Shown: positions 28,070-38,380, numbered from the stretch's first letter. The stretch: DNA of 41,897 bases from Holosporales bacterium (GCA_031267535.1 JAIRYS010000009.1:1-41897), one strand, 5' to 3'. Notes: generated by a model not told the origin, from the letters alone. Program-made: numbers and translations.

Positions 28070-28660
28070 ATGAGTAAAAAACTGAAAATTGCTCTAATTG
28101 TTTTTGTCGTCTTTTGCTGCAAGACCCATGCAAATCAGGTCAACGTCGAAGAACGAGAGCTGTATCTATCTCAAATAGAATCATTTTTTGACGACATAAA
28201 GGCAATGAACGCCAGATTTATTGAAGTAAGCAGTACAAAAGGCATTGCGTCAGGCGTATTCATGATAATGCGGCCGTACATGAAGGTAAAATACGAAACT
28301 CCGCATCAAAATGTAATTGTTGCAGACGGCCAGAACCTTTACCATTGGGACTGCCAGCTTGAAGAACAGTCTAAGTACGACATAACTTCGTCCCCCGTTG
28401 CTGCTATACTAAGTAAAAAACTGAACCTGAGAAAAAATACGATTGTTAAAGCGGTTAAACAAGACTCAGCCAAAATATGGATTAACCTTAGCCTCACGGC
28501 CTATTCCGGTGTAAAATCAATTGTGTTGGTCTTTACCAAAAAGCCATTTTGCCTTATTCAGTGGATACTTATAAACGACCGCAACGATACAGTTGAGGTT
28601 ACTTTGCAGGACGTCAATCTTAAGGCTAAGCTCAACCAGGCTGATTTTAGCCTGAAATAG
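28070..28660 (+). CDS. lolA: Outer-membrane lipoprotein carrier LolA family
   Basis: Signal peptide; A.F...G...RP...Y..P...IVADG pattern; terminal F. Confidence 0.8.
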   Translation: MSKKLKIALIVFVVFCCKTHANQVNVEERELYLSQIESFFDDIKAMNARFIEVSSTKGIASGVFMIMRPYMKVKYETPHQNVIVADGQNLYHWDCQLEEQSKYDITSSPVAAILSKKLNLRKNTIVKAVKQDSAKIWINLSLTAYSGVKSIVLVFTKKPFCLIQWILINDRNDTVEVTLQDVNLKAKLNQADFSLK

Positions 28661-28661
28661 C

Positions 28662-30581
28662 CTAAGCAGACCGCAATATGGCCTTACACCTGTCGGCGAT
28701 ATGTTGAGGCGTAAGCCCAAAGTGTTCGTACAAGTCGCTGCATGGGGCCGAGATACCGAAGTCGTCGATACCTATGCAGCGATCCAAGCTGCCGGTGTAT
28801 TTTGCCCACATTGCGACAGAGCCGGCCTCCAAAGACGCCACAGGAGCGCGCCCAAGCGCCATGCTTTTGTATTCTTTGCTTTGTTGGTCAAACAGTTCAC
28901 AACATGGCATTGATACCACAGCGACGTTAATGCCTTCGTTAAGCAATAATTTCCTGACAGACAAAGCAAGGCTTACTTCTGAGCCAGTAGCAAGCAAAGT
29001 CAAGTCTCTATCTTTCGCTGATTGCCCAGCCGCTTTTCCCAATACATAAGCGCCAAAGCTGCACAAGTTTTCATCTCTATAATCATTTACCGGCGGCAAA
29101 TCTTGACGTGAGAGGATAAGCGCAGACGGCACATTGCGGTTTTTTATGGCCAGCTCCCAACATTCAGCGGTTTCAATACTGTCTGCTGGGCGCATCACAT
29201 TTATCCCCGGTATAGATCGCAGCCCTGTAAGCTGTTCGATTGGTTGGTGAGTCGGACCGTCTTCGCCTACCCCAATTGAATCATGGGTGAAAACGTATAT
29301 AACCCCAAGTTTCATCATTGCGCTCATCCTGATACTTGCGCGCATATAATCGGAAAAACACAGGAACGTGCCGCCATAAGGGATAATGCCCTCATCATAC
29401 AGCGCCAAGCCGTTCATAATGCCGCCCATGGCGTGCTCGCGGATGCCATAATGTATATATTGGCCGCAATGATTCTCTATGGTTATGATACGCATATCTT
29501 TACCATGCGTTCCATTGGATGGGGTTAGATCCGCAGACCCGCCAATCAATCCCGGCAGTACTGAAGATAAAGCGTTTATCACGCTCTGCGATGCTTTACG
29601 GGTTGCTGTCGGCTTTTGGTTGCCGGCAAACTCTTTTTTTGCCTGCGCTATAGTCTTTTTTATCTCATCTAATGAAACGGCATTTGATTTATTACTTTTG
29701 GTCGCAAAAGTTTTGGGCCTCAAGCCAACTTGCCGCCAGGCTGAAAGAATATCTGAGGGGATTGCAAACGGATCTGCCGTCCATCCAAAAACCTTACGCA
29801 TCTGCGCTACTTCATCGTTTCCCAAGGGCGATCCATGGCAACCAGAATTACCGGCTTTTGTTGGCGCCCCATAACCAATCGTTGTTCTGCAGGCAATAAT
29901 CGACGGCCTTAGGTTATTTTGTGCCGCCGAGATTGCGGCGACGATTTCTTGTTCGTTGTGACCGTCTATACTTTGATAATGCCAATTATAAGCGCCAAAA
30001 CGCATACGAATATCGTCTTTGCACGTTATATCTGTAGGACCGTCGATGGTGATATGGTTATCGTCGAACAGTACTATAAGCCGGCTAAGCCCTAAAGCGC
30101 CCGCAAACGAGGCTGCTTCGTGCGAAATCCCCTCCATAAGATCCCCGTCTCCGGCGATAACGTAAGTAAAGTTACCATTACCCTTTGTCCTTTCAGCCAC
30201 AGCCATTCCAACCGCATTCGCCAAGCCTTGTCCCAGCGGCCCTGTTGTTGATTCAACTCCTTCCAGCAGGCCATACTCAGGATGCCCACTGCACTTCGAG
30301 CCCTTTTTGCGAAAGCTTTTTATGTCTTCAAGCGTTAACCCCTTATATCCAGTCAAAAACATAAGCGCATACAGAAGCGTGCTGGCATGTCCGGCCGAAA
30401 TAACCAGCCTGTCTCGGTCTGAGCGCAAGTGATCTGCTGGATCGAACTTCAAAAAATCACGGAACAGAACGCTTGCCACATCAGCAAACCCTAATGCTAT
30501 GCCCGGATGACCAGAGCCGGCGTTTTCGATCATATCCACTGCCAAAAACCGAACAGCATTGGTCATCTCTTTAAAATTCAT
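28662..30581 (-). CDS. tkt: Transketolase
   Basis: SGHPG, TTGPLGQG, GDGDLMEG, GSADL and THDSIGVGEDGPTHQP motifs. Confidence 0.98.
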   Translation of the reverse strand: MNFKEMTNAVRFLAVDMIENAGSGHPGIALGFADVASVLFRDFLKFDPADHLRSDRDRLVISAGHASTLLYALMFLTGYKGLTLEDIKSFRKKGSKCSGHPEYGLLEGVESTTGPLGQGLANAVGMAVAERTKGNGNFTYVIAGDGDLMEGISHEAASFAGALGLSRLIVLFDDNHITIDGPTDITCKDDIRMRFGAYNWHYQSIDGHNEQEIVAAISAAQNNLRPSIIACRTTIGYGAPTKAGNSGCHGSPLGNDEVAQMRKVFGWTADPFAIPSDILSAWRQVGLRPKTFATKSNKSNAVSLDEIKKTIAQAKKEFAGNQKPTATRKASQSVINALSSVLPGLIGGSADLTPSNGTHGKDMRIITIENHCGQYIHYGIREHAMGGIMNGLALYDEGIIPYGGTFLCFSDYMRASIRMSAMMKLGVIYVFTHDSIGVGEDGPTHQPIEQLTGLRSIPGINVMRPADSIETAECWELAIKNRNVPSALILSRQDLPPVNDYRDENLCSFGAYVLGKAAGQSAKDRDLTLLATGSEVSLALSVRKLLLNEGINVAVVSMPCCELFDQQSKEYKSMALGRAPVASLEAGSVAMWAKYTGSLDRCIGIDDFGISAPCSDLYEHFGLTPQHIADRCKAILRSA

Positions 30582-30720
30582 CTTGTCCCCTTACAATATA
30601 GCTCGATTATTAGCAAACGCTGGCTTACGTGGAAAGTTAATAGTTAGTTAAATTAAGTTTTTCCTTGCACAAATCGTTATTACCATCTAGATTGTGGCCG
30701 TTCGTGGCAAAAGGGCTTTT

Positions 30721-31455
30721 GTGAGCTTTTTCGATCGCAAATTTAAGCGCATTTTGTTGAAGCTTTCTGGCGAAGCCCTTATGGGCGCGCGCGATTATGG
30801 CATAGACTATGACTACTTGTTTAAGTTAGTGGAAGCGATTGCCAATTTAGCAGACGCCGGCATCCAGCTTGCCATAGTTGTTGGCGGTGGAAACATTCAC
30901 CGTGGTTCACGCGGGGTAGAGTACGGTGTTTCCAGGGTCAACGGCGATTTCATGGGAATGTTGGCTACTGTGATTAACGCCATCGCTATTCACAGCGCTT
31001 TAAACAAACTGGGCAAAGAATCGCGCGTTATGTCCTCAATTCGTATGCAGGAGGTATGCGAACCATATATTAATCATCATGCGCACAAGCATCTTAGTAA
31101 AGGACGCATTATAATCTTGTCGTCCGGCGTAGGGATTCCTTTTTTGACCACAGATACTGCCGCGGCGCTTAGGGCCGTAGAGCTTGAATGTGATGTAATG
31201 CTTAAGGGTACTCATAAAGTAGACGGAGTGTATAACTGCGACCCGGCAAAGAACGACGAGGCTGTTTTCTTCGAAAAAATCAGCTACTCTGAAATTCTTG
31301 AGAAGAACCTTAAGTTTATGGACGCGTCTGCGGTAACATTGGCGCGTGATAACAACCTGCCTATGGCTGTTTTTTCGATAAAGAATCCATCAAATTTACT
31401 GGATGTAATTTGCGGCAAGTGCAGGTGTTCGTTTATTTCTGGAGAAAAAGATTGA
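30721..31455 (+). CDS. pyrH: UMP kinase
   Basis: RILLKLSGEAL, VGGGN, D.MGMLAT and TTDTAAALRA motifs; start may instead be GTG 30694. Confidence 0.97.
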   Translation: MSFFDRKFKRILLKLSGEALMGARDYGIDYDYLFKLVEAIANLADAGIQLAIVVGGGNIHRGSRGVEYGVSRVNGDFMGMLATVINAIAIHSALNKLGKESRVMSSIRMQEVCEPYINHHAHKHLSKGRIIILSSGVGIPFLTTDTAAALRAVELECDVMLKGTHKVDGVYNCDPAKNDEAVFFEKISYSEILEKNLKFMDASAVTLARDNNLPMAVFSIKNPSNLLDVICGKCRCSFISGEKD

Positions 31456-32012
31456 GCGAAGAGTTATTGGCAGATTTAAAAAAACGCATGGCTGGCAGCC
31501 TAGACGCTTTGCAGCGTGAATTTAAAAGCATAAGAACCGGCAGGGTTTCGACTGATATCCTTGACGGCGTGCGCGTCGAGGCATATGGGAACGACCATAT
31601 GCCGCTTAATCAGCTTGCTTCTGTCAGCGTTTTGGATGCACGTACGCTTGGGGTCCAAGTCTGGGACCGAGAACAAGTAAAAGCGGTTGAGCGCGGTATA
31701 AGCGAATCTGGCCTGGGTCTTAATCCAGTAGTGGAAGGTACAGTTATGCGTATCATAATTCCCGATATAAGCGAGGAGAGAAGAAAAGAATTGCTTAAGG
31801 TTGCCTCTAAACACGCTGAGAATTCACGTATTTCGGTCAGGAATATACGTCGTGATGGAATGGAGGCGATAAAGCGTAAAGAAAAAGATAAAGAAATCTC
31901 CGAAGACGAGCAGAAGCGTTTCTCTGCCCAAATACAAAAACTTACCGACGATTTTATAAAGCAAACCGATGAGGCGTTTGCTGCCAAAGAAAAAGACATT
32001 ATGCGCGTATAA
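31452..32012 (+). CDS. frr: Ribosome recycling factor
   Basis: IRTGR, GLNP, EERRKEL and RNIRRD motifs; TTG overlapping the pyrH stop, with a GGAG Shine-Dalgarno. Confidence 0.97.
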   Translation: MSEELLADLKKRMAGSLDALQREFKSIRTGRVSTDILDGVRVEAYGNDHMPLNQLASVSVLDARTLGVQVWDREQVKAVERGISESGLGLNPVVEGTVMRIIIPDISEERRKELLKVASKHAENSRISVRNIRRDGMEAIKRKEKDKEISEDEQKRFSAQIQKLTDDFIKQTDEAFAAKEKDIMRV

Positions 32013-32021
32013 ATAACCCGT

Positions 32022-32729
32022 ATGACTGATAAAGCTATCCCGAATCATGTGGCGCTTATTGCCGACGGAAACAGACGTTGGGCTAAAGCCAACGGCATGC
32101 CGAATAAATATGGCCACAGAAAAGGTTCCGACGCGTTGGAGATCTTGATCAATACAGCTGCATCGAAAGGTATTAAATTCTTTACATCATTCATTTTCTC
32201 TACTGAAAATTGGCAGCGCACCCAGGAAGAAGTTGATTATCTGATGGACCTGCTTGAAAAGAAAATTTTATCCCGCAAAGTTGATGAATATGCAGATAAA
32301 GGATACAGGATCAGGGTTATTGGAGATCGCAGTACTCTTCGCCCCAATATTGTCAAAGGAATAGAGCGCGCCGAGAACCTGACCAAAGATAACGATGTTA
32401 TGACGGTTGTGCTTGCTATTAATTATGGAGGACGACTTGATATCACGAATGCCGCGCGTAATATCTGCAGGAAAGTACTGGATGGCGAAATCAGCCTAGA
32501 AGCAATAGACGAAAGCACAGTAGGCAACGCCTTATACACAACCGGCATTCCCGATCCAGATATGCTAATTCGTACCGGAGGCGAATATCGTATTAGCAAC
32601 TTTTTATTATGGCAGTTTGCATATACAGAGATATTTTTCTGTGACAAGCTTCTGCCGGATATAAAAGAAGCCGATTTGGATGAGATTTTAACTGCCTACG
32701 CCCAAAGAAAACGCCGCTTTGGACAGTAG
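32022..32729 (+). CDS. uppS: Undecaprenyl diphosphate synthase
   Basis: HVALIADGNRRWA, FSTENW and RTGGE.RISNFLLWQ motifs. Confidence 0.97.
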   Translation: MTDKAIPNHVALIADGNRRWAKANGMPNKYGHRKGSDALEILINTAASKGIKFFTSFIFSTENWQRTQEEVDYLMDLLEKKILSRKVDEYADKGYRIRVIGDRSTLRPNIVKGIERAENLTKDNDVMTVVLAINYGGRLDITNAARNICRKVLDGEISLEAIDESTVGNALYTTGIPDPDMLIRTGGEYRISNFLLWQFAYTEIFFCDKLLPDIKEADLDEILTAYAQRKRRFGQ

Positions 32730-32825
32730 AAACCAATCGATTTCACCGAAAAAATAAATTTAATATACTTATGATAAACACAACGCGCCTATAATTACCT
32801 TTCGGCAGGCTCGTCCAAGGTTACT

Positions 32826-33737
32826 ATGAATGACAGTATAAAAGACTGGATACGGTGGCTTGAAGTAGAGAAAGGATACTCTCGTAACACAATTACCTCT
32901 TACAAGATTGATTTTGTGCACTTTGCCCAATTCATGTCAGAGCATGCCGAAATTGACATAGAATCTGATGTCTGCGACATGAAGGCTTCTGACTTAAGGG
33001 CGTGGTTGTCTTCTAGAATCAGGCGCGGCCATGGCGCTAAATCAAATGCAAGGGCGCTTTCCTCTGTAAAATCGTTTTTTTCCTGCCGACTCCGTCGCGG
33101 AAAGAAAATTCCCGAATTTGTGCTTAGATTCAGGGCGCCTAAGGTTATTCCTTCACTGCCAAGGCCCTTGACGCAAAGCCAAGCACATAATGTTATTGAA
33201 CACGAAGAACGCACCAAAACTCAATGGATCGCTGTGCGTAATAAAGCTTTGCTAATCCTGCTGTATGGCGCGGGGCTTAGAATCAACGAGGCTCTTTCGC
33301 TGGATCATGCCAACATAAATCTCGCAAAAAAAGAGGCGCTTATTAACGGCAAGGGAGGTAAGCAGAGACACGTTCCGCTGTTGCCAATAGTGCGTGACGC
33401 CCTAAGCCAATATGTTGAACTTTGTCCATACCCTCGTTCTGCATCCGATCCAGTGTTTTACGGAGCAAGAGGCAAGCGCCTTGCAGCGCCAGTGTTTGAA
33501 AGGCACGTATCTAAGATAAGGCAGACGCTTAACCTTAAAGAATCGGCCACCCCCCACGCTCTTAGACACAGCTTCGCTAGTCATTTGGTTGCTAACGGGG
33601 TAGGAATCCGCACAGTACAGGAACTGCTCGGGCACGCAAGCTTAGCCAGCACTCAAGTCTATACCGACATATCCGATGCAAGACTAATGGAAATCTATCG
33701 GGAGACGCATCCGCTTAGCAGAACGGTTGATATCTGA
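32826..33737 (+). CDS. xerC: Tyrosine recombinase XerC
   Basis: LLYGAGLRINE, GKGGKQR, TPHALRHSFASH and LLGHASLASTQVYT motifs. Confidence 0.9.
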   Translation: MNDSIKDWIRWLEVEKGYSRNTITSYKIDFVHFAQFMSEHAEIDIESDVCDMKASDLRAWLSSRIRRGHGAKSNARALSSVKSFFSCRLRRGKKIPEFVLRFRAPKVIPSLPRPLTQSQAHNVIEHEERTKTQWIAVRNKALLILLYGAGLRINEALSLDHANINLAKKEALINGKGGKQRHVPLLPIVRDALSQYVELCPYPRSASDPVFYGARGKRLAAPVFERHVSKIRQTLNLKESATPHALRHSFASHLVANGVGIRTVQELLGHASLASTQVYTDISDARLMEIYRETHPLSRTVDI

Positions 33738-33820
33738 CATGCCAATAAGATGATAATACGCGATTAATTCTCGTCGTTTTAAGTCAACAACCGTGTTATT
33801 CACTAAATAAAGCAATACAG

Positions 33821-34791
33821 TTGGGTATTTGTATCGTGTTTTATAAATTAAAAAAACTCCTTAAACACAGCGCCGCCTTAAAGATAGGCGTGTATATATA
33901 TCGCAATATTATCACAAATACAGGCAAACTTTTTAAAAAGTGTAGGTTGAAATCAGGCGATGGAGCAACTCACAAAGCGTTGTCAATGAATGAATCGTTG
34001 GCATACATCAAAAGCGTTTTTAACGATTATAAAAAAGTATCTGGCAAAGAAAGGTTTTATGGAAAAGTGCTAGAATTGGGGCCTGGAGATTGCGATGGCG
34101 TTGGTTTGCTGTTTTTAAATGATGGGGCTTCTCATGTTGATCTTGCAGATCGCTTTTACTCAGCAAGAGACTCTGAGCAGCAAAAGCGTATCTTTGACTG
34201 TTTAATAGCCGAGTATCCAGAATTATCGCAGTTGCGCTCTGATTTGGGCAAGCGCTTGATTAGATACTATGGAGAGGATGCTAGCGGGGAAAAATTTTTC
34301 GATAAGAGTGGGGGGGGGGGGGGTACGACGTCATAGTTTCACGCGCTGTGCTTGAGCATGTTGACGACCCTGCGCTTGTGATAAAAAAGATGTACGCCTC
34401 TTTAAACCAAGGGGGATGTCTGATTCATAAGGTTGATCTTAGAGATCACCACATGTTTTCGCCGGAAAAGAGCCCTGTAAAGTTCCTTGAGGTTTCTGGG
34501 TTTTTATATAAGCTGATGACTTATGGATCTGGGCTGCCCAATAGATGCTTGTTTCACAAGTATAAAAAACTCTTAAAATCACTAAGCCCCAGCGTTAAGT
34601 TTTTCTGCACAGGATTACACGGGATCGACTCTTTTCAAGAAATTTATAAAATAGACGACATTCCTACAGAACTGGAAAATCGCGCGATAGCTTTTATCGA
34701 CAGCAACAGACATCTATTCGCGGACGAATTTAAAGAGGTTTCAAGCAAAGACTTGGCAGTTTCTAGTTTCTTTTTTGTTCTTGAAAAGTAA
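33821..34791 (+). pseudogene. Class I SAM-dependent methyltransferase, out of frame at a G14 tract (possibly phase variable)
   Basis: Upstream part has VLELGPG; downstream frame reads YDVIVSRAVLEHVDDP...LNQGG...VDLRDH. G12 or G15 at 34310-34323 would fuse them. Confidence 0.85.
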
Positions 34792-34810
34792 AAAAACCAT
34801 CTCGCCCGTT

Positions 34811-34845
34811 TTATTCACAAAAAATGTGTATATGTTTGTGAAAAA
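34811..34845. promoter_or_regulatory. Cluster of DnaA-box-like 9-mers
   Basis: TTATTCACA (+, 34811), ATATACACA (-, one mismatch) and TTTTTCACA (-), compared with consensus TTWTNCACA. Confidence 0.45.
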
Positions 34846-35033
34846 ATCTTTTAAAGCGAATTTGTAACTAGAGTTGAATGTGGTGCCTATTTTTTAGCAG
34901 AGTGAGCTTGGAGAGTAAGTAGTGGCACGTCAACAACGACAGCTTTAGTAAATTACCCGGCGTCTTCGTTTTTTCTTGATTTTGACTGGGACAACTTTTA
35001 GCAGTTAATGGGCAATATAAGGGGAGGTTTTCT

Positions 35034-35567
35034 ATAGTTTACGTTCCTGCGTCTTCGGACAGTAAGCACAGAGTGAATCGCGGCATTACTGCTGTGCGTG
35101 TTTTGGTAATTGACGAAAACGGCGATACGCTTGGCGCGCTCAGTCGAAACGAGGCCTTAGATCGGGCCGCAGAGGTTTCTTTGGATCTCGTAGAAGTCTC
35201 GCCAAATTCTGATCCGCCGGTGTGCAGGATTATGGATTATGGAAGGTTTAGATATGAATCTAAGAAAAAGAAAACTGAGGCGAAAAAGAATCAGAAAGTA
35301 GTAAATATAAAAGAAATTAAGCTAACGCCCAATATTGGCGAGCATGATTATCAAGTAAAAATGGCCAACCTCAAAAAGTTTATAGCATCAGGAGATAAGG
35401 TAAAAGTAACTTTACGGTTCCGAGGCAGGGAACTTTCTCATAAAGAGCTGGGTGAAAAGCTGATAGACCGAGTCTTACAAGAATGTGAAGAATTTGCGAA
35501 ACCAGAGGATTTGGCCAAAATGGAAGGAAAGCAAATGATTATAACTTTGTGTTCGGTTAAGATCTAA
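35034..35567 (+). CDS. infC: Translation initiation factor IF-3 (ATA start)
   Basis: LDLVEVSP..DPPVCRIMDYG, KEIKL and GDKVKVTLRFRGRE motifs. An in-frame ATA lies 6 nt after GGAGG; non-canonical starts are typical of infC. Confidence 0.95.
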   Translation: MVYVPASSDSKHRVNRGITAVRVLVIDENGDTLGALSRNEALDRAAEVSLDLVEVSPNSDPPVCRIMDYGRFRYESKKKKTEAKKNQKVVNIKEIKLTPNIGEHDYQVKMANLKKFIASGDKVKVTLRFRGRELSHKELGEKLIDRVLQECEEFAKPEDLAKMEGKQMIITLCSVKI

Positions 35568-35654
35568 TAGCAGTGTCGAGGTTATTCTTGCCCGGTCGAC
35601 ACATAAGTGGTAGCTGTAGGGTTCCGTACACAATAAACTGAGGTTTAAGAGCAG

Positions 35655-36119
35655 ATGAGCAAAGAAAGAGAATCTCAAATAAAAGGAGAAACCAGCTCAG
35701 AGCCGTCTATGGTGATCATAGCTCAGTTCATTAAGGACTTTTCTTTTGAAAATCCTAATCCAACAGCGCTCATGAGTGGAGAATCTACCGTTCAGCCGAA
35801 CATTAATGTAAACTTTAAAGTTGACGTTAAAAGCGTCTCCAAGGACGTTTATGAAATATCGCTCTCAACTACCATAAACGCTAAGCAAGAAAGCAAGCAA
35901 ATGTTTTTACTGGATCTTTGTTATGCTGGACTATTTAGTCTTACCAATATGAATCAGGAAATGCTTGACATGGTTAGTAATGTTGAATGCCCCAGGATGT
36001 TGTTCCCATTCCTCAGGAGCATAGTCGCAAATGCTACCGCCGATGGAGGATTCGCTCCGCTTTACTTGTCGCCTGTAAATTTCTTAGAATTTTATAACCA
36101 ACAAATACAAAGTAAGTAA
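35655..36119 (+). CDS. secB: Protein export chaperone SecB
   Basis: QFIKDFSFENP, YAGLF, ECPRMLFPFLR and GGF.PL.L.PVNF motifs. Confidence 0.96.
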   Translation: MSKERESQIKGETSSEPSMVIIAQFIKDFSFENPNPTALMSGESTVQPNINVNFKVDVKSVSKDVYEISLSTTINAKQESKQMFLLDLCYAGLFSLTNMNQEMLDMVSNVECPRMLFPFLRSIVANATADGGFAPLYLSPVNFLEFYNQQIQSK

Positions 36120-36144
36120 ATTTTACTAGCTTCGGCATCATATT

Positions 36145-37971
36145 TTGGAGGATAAATTGAACGCTAAAACCCTTCATATCACGCGCATAGGCGACATAGA
36201 TGCTTTCGATGTGAAAAATGATGCGATTCTTATGCCTGTTTGCATTGCTAACGCTGCGTTGCTGGAAAAATATCCTGAATTTATGGATTTGGATTTCAAA
36301 GACCCGTTTCCAACTGAGCAACAAAGAGAAGGTATCTACCAACGAGTTATACGGTTCTCTGAAGATAAATGCCGCGAGCTAAGAGACCGTATAGCCGGCA
36401 AATGCTCAGTTTCCTATCCAGAACATATATTAAACTTCATATACGGTTACAGCATATTCTCGCTGACTATAGAGGTGACCTACAGATATCACGCGATTAA
36501 AGACCAGCTAAAAGGCCTAACACGAGACCATTTTGTTGTTAATACGGTCAATGCTGAGTTTCCACGAAGATATACGCAAAATTATCAATATTTCAACAAT
36601 TTGACTGGTTCGCTTAGCTACCAAGAGTGGCTGACAGCAGCGATTTTAGAGCATATAAACGACCATAGAATAAAAATCGTGCGCTCTCGCAGTTGGAGTC
36701 CTGTGCCGGAGGATTTTTTACAAACCTCGTTCACAGAGCGTTTGTCGGGGCTATTAAAATCAAGCTCAACATGGAAAAAGCCTTGGCGTATTGCCTATTT
36801 CGCTATAGACGAGATTTGGAAGACGCTGCCCAAAAAATACAAGCCATTCGATCAAATTCGGTCAATAGACAGCGTTATGTCAATTCCGTTTTCTTTGATT
36901 TTATTCATAAAAAGTTTTTGTAAAACTATCGATAAGTTTGTAATTCCTGCCGACACTAAGTCGGCGGCGGTTCTAGACAACGATGCATTCGATGAAGTAG
37001 AGCCGTTGGTCGACGAAATTCTGGATAAGGTTTTTGATTTTGAAAGAATTGTTGGCGACTTTCATTCGAGAATACAAGCAAACATTGAAGATTTACCAAA
37101 AAGAACTGGCGATATTTTTAACAGGACATCGTTTGCTAATGATGATTTGGCATTTTATCAAGCGGCGGCAATGCTTGTGGGGTGCCGATTGTTTTTTGTC
37201 CAACATGGGTCAGATTACGCCACTCTGAAACGAAATCCGATAGGAGAAATCATAGAAGATAGAGGAACGGGTTTTGTCTTTGCTGGACACGCTAAACACC
37301 CAAATTGCAAATCGCATGCAATATCGATGCCATCTGCGTTTTTTTCCAGGTACGCATACAAGAAGTTGCTCAAATACGACGATTTGGTTTTTGTAACTAC
37401 GGTCTTTTATCCTGAAATGGAGTATGTTTTTATGCAGAGAGATAGTGTTTTTCGTGTTTTGAAAGACGAAGCAAATTTTATAAACGGGCTTTCTGAAGAG
37501 ATCAGGCCGCATTTGATCTTTAGGGACCATGCGAATTACAGGGCTTGGAATCCCAATTTTAGCCATACCGAATATCTAAAGCGCCGAATCAAAGATTTGC
37601 GTTTTTTGAATGAAGGCGTTGACGTTTCTAAAAGAATGTTGGGCAGCAAACTCATAGTATCAAACTATATCAGCACCCTGTGGTATGAAGCTATGGCCGC
37701 AAACGTTCCTATGGTCACCTATCCTATAGATTATAACTTTAGAGGACTTGTACCCGAGGTAGAGGAATTTTACGAGCGCATGAAAAAAGCTGGCGTCATG
37801 CACAGCGACTATAAGAGCGCTCTGAACAAGGTTCACGAGATTTGGTCGGATGTGGATTCCTGGTGGTATTCCAAGGAAATTCAGCAATTGAGGGATGAGT
37901 TTTGCTATCGCTATGCTTGGTCCAGCAAAACCTGGCGACGCGATTGGATGAAATTTCTCTGGAATCTTTAG
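36145..37971 (+). CDS. Putative surface-glycan transferase (LIC12162-like family)
   Basis: QHG motif, ST..EAMAANVP and C-terminal W.DVDSWW.S..IQ..R..FC..YA, as I recall for this family. Confidence 0.65.
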   Translation: MEDKLNAKTLHITRIGDIDAFDVKNDAILMPVCIANAALLEKYPEFMDLDFKDPFPTEQQREGIYQRVIRFSEDKCRELRDRIAGKCSVSYPEHILNFIYGYSIFSLTIEVTYRYHAIKDQLKGLTRDHFVVNTVNAEFPRRYTQNYQYFNNLTGSLSYQEWLTAAILEHINDHRIKIVRSRSWSPVPEDFLQTSFTERLSGLLKSSSTWKKPWRIAYFAIDEIWKTLPKKYKPFDQIRSIDSVMSIPFSLILFIKSFCKTIDKFVIPADTKSAAVLDNDAFDEVEPLVDEILDKVFDFERIVGDFHSRIQANIEDLPKRTGDIFNRTSFANDDLAFYQAAAMLVGCRLFFVQHGSDYATLKRNPIGEIIEDRGTGFVFAGHAKHPNCKSHAISMPSAFFSRYAYKKLLKYDDLVFVTTVFYPEMEYVFMQRDSVFRVLKDEANFINGLSEEIRPHLIFRDHANYRAWNPNFSHTEYLKRRIKDLRFLNEGVDVSKRMLGSKLIVSNYISTLWYEAMAANVPMVTYPIDYNFRGLVPEVEEFYERMKKAGVMHSDYKSALNKVHEIWSDVDSWWYSKEIQQLRDEFCYRYAWSSKTWRRDWMKFLWNL

Positions 37972-38067
37972 GGCGGTGGTCTCGTTTCGCTGCGAACTTA
38001 GTCCACTTCGCTCTTTACAATTTGGGCTATCTTTCATAGACTGTTCGCCACAGGATGGTGGTTTTAT

Positions 38068-38144
38068 GGGGGCGTAGCGCAATTGGCTAGAGCAGCGGTC
38101 TCCAAAACCGCAGGTTGTGGGTTCGAGTCCTTCCGCCCCTGCCA
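38068..38144 (+). tRNA. tRNA-Trp(CCA)
   Basis: GGGGGCGTAGCGCAATTGGCTAGAGCAGCGGTCT-CCA-AAACCGCAGGTTGTGGGTTCGAGTCCTTCCGCCCCTGCCA; upstream of secE. Confidence 0.97.
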
Positions 38145-38182
38145 GTTCTGTGTATCGAGTCGTTAAGTTAAGTGGAGTTACT

Positions 38183-38377
38183 GTGGAAATTAATCCAGCA
38201 AAGTTTATAAGAGAGGTTCGCAGCGAAATAGGCCGAGTAACATGGCCCAGTAAGCAAGAGACAACCTCCACAACCATAAGCGTTTTTATTATGGTTTTTG
38301 TCGCAATGCTGTTTTTTATAGCGTCCGATCTGGTTATATATAACGTCATAAAAAAGCTTATAGGCCTGGAGGTATAG
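38183..38377 (+). CDS. secE: Preprotein translocase subunit SecE
   Basis: FIREVRSEIGRVTWPSKQE plus one TM helix. Confidence 0.95.
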   Translation: MEINPAKFIREVRSEIGRVTWPSKQETTSTTISVFIMVFVAMLFFIASDLVIYNVIKKLIGLEV

Positions 38378-38380
38378 CCT

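Noticed and set aside
30637-30651. CtrA box TTAA-N7-TTAA (another at 11472-11486)
   Set aside because: A couple of such matches are expected by chance in 42 kb of AT-rich DNA, and there is no other support.
32826-33737. Prophage or island integrase
   Set aside because: Size, motifs and housekeeping context fit chromosomal XerC; no att sites or phage genes were seen.
37660-38349. 229-aa minus-strand ORF
   Set aside because: It is antisense to tRNA-Trp, secE and the end of the transferase gene; a shadow ORF.
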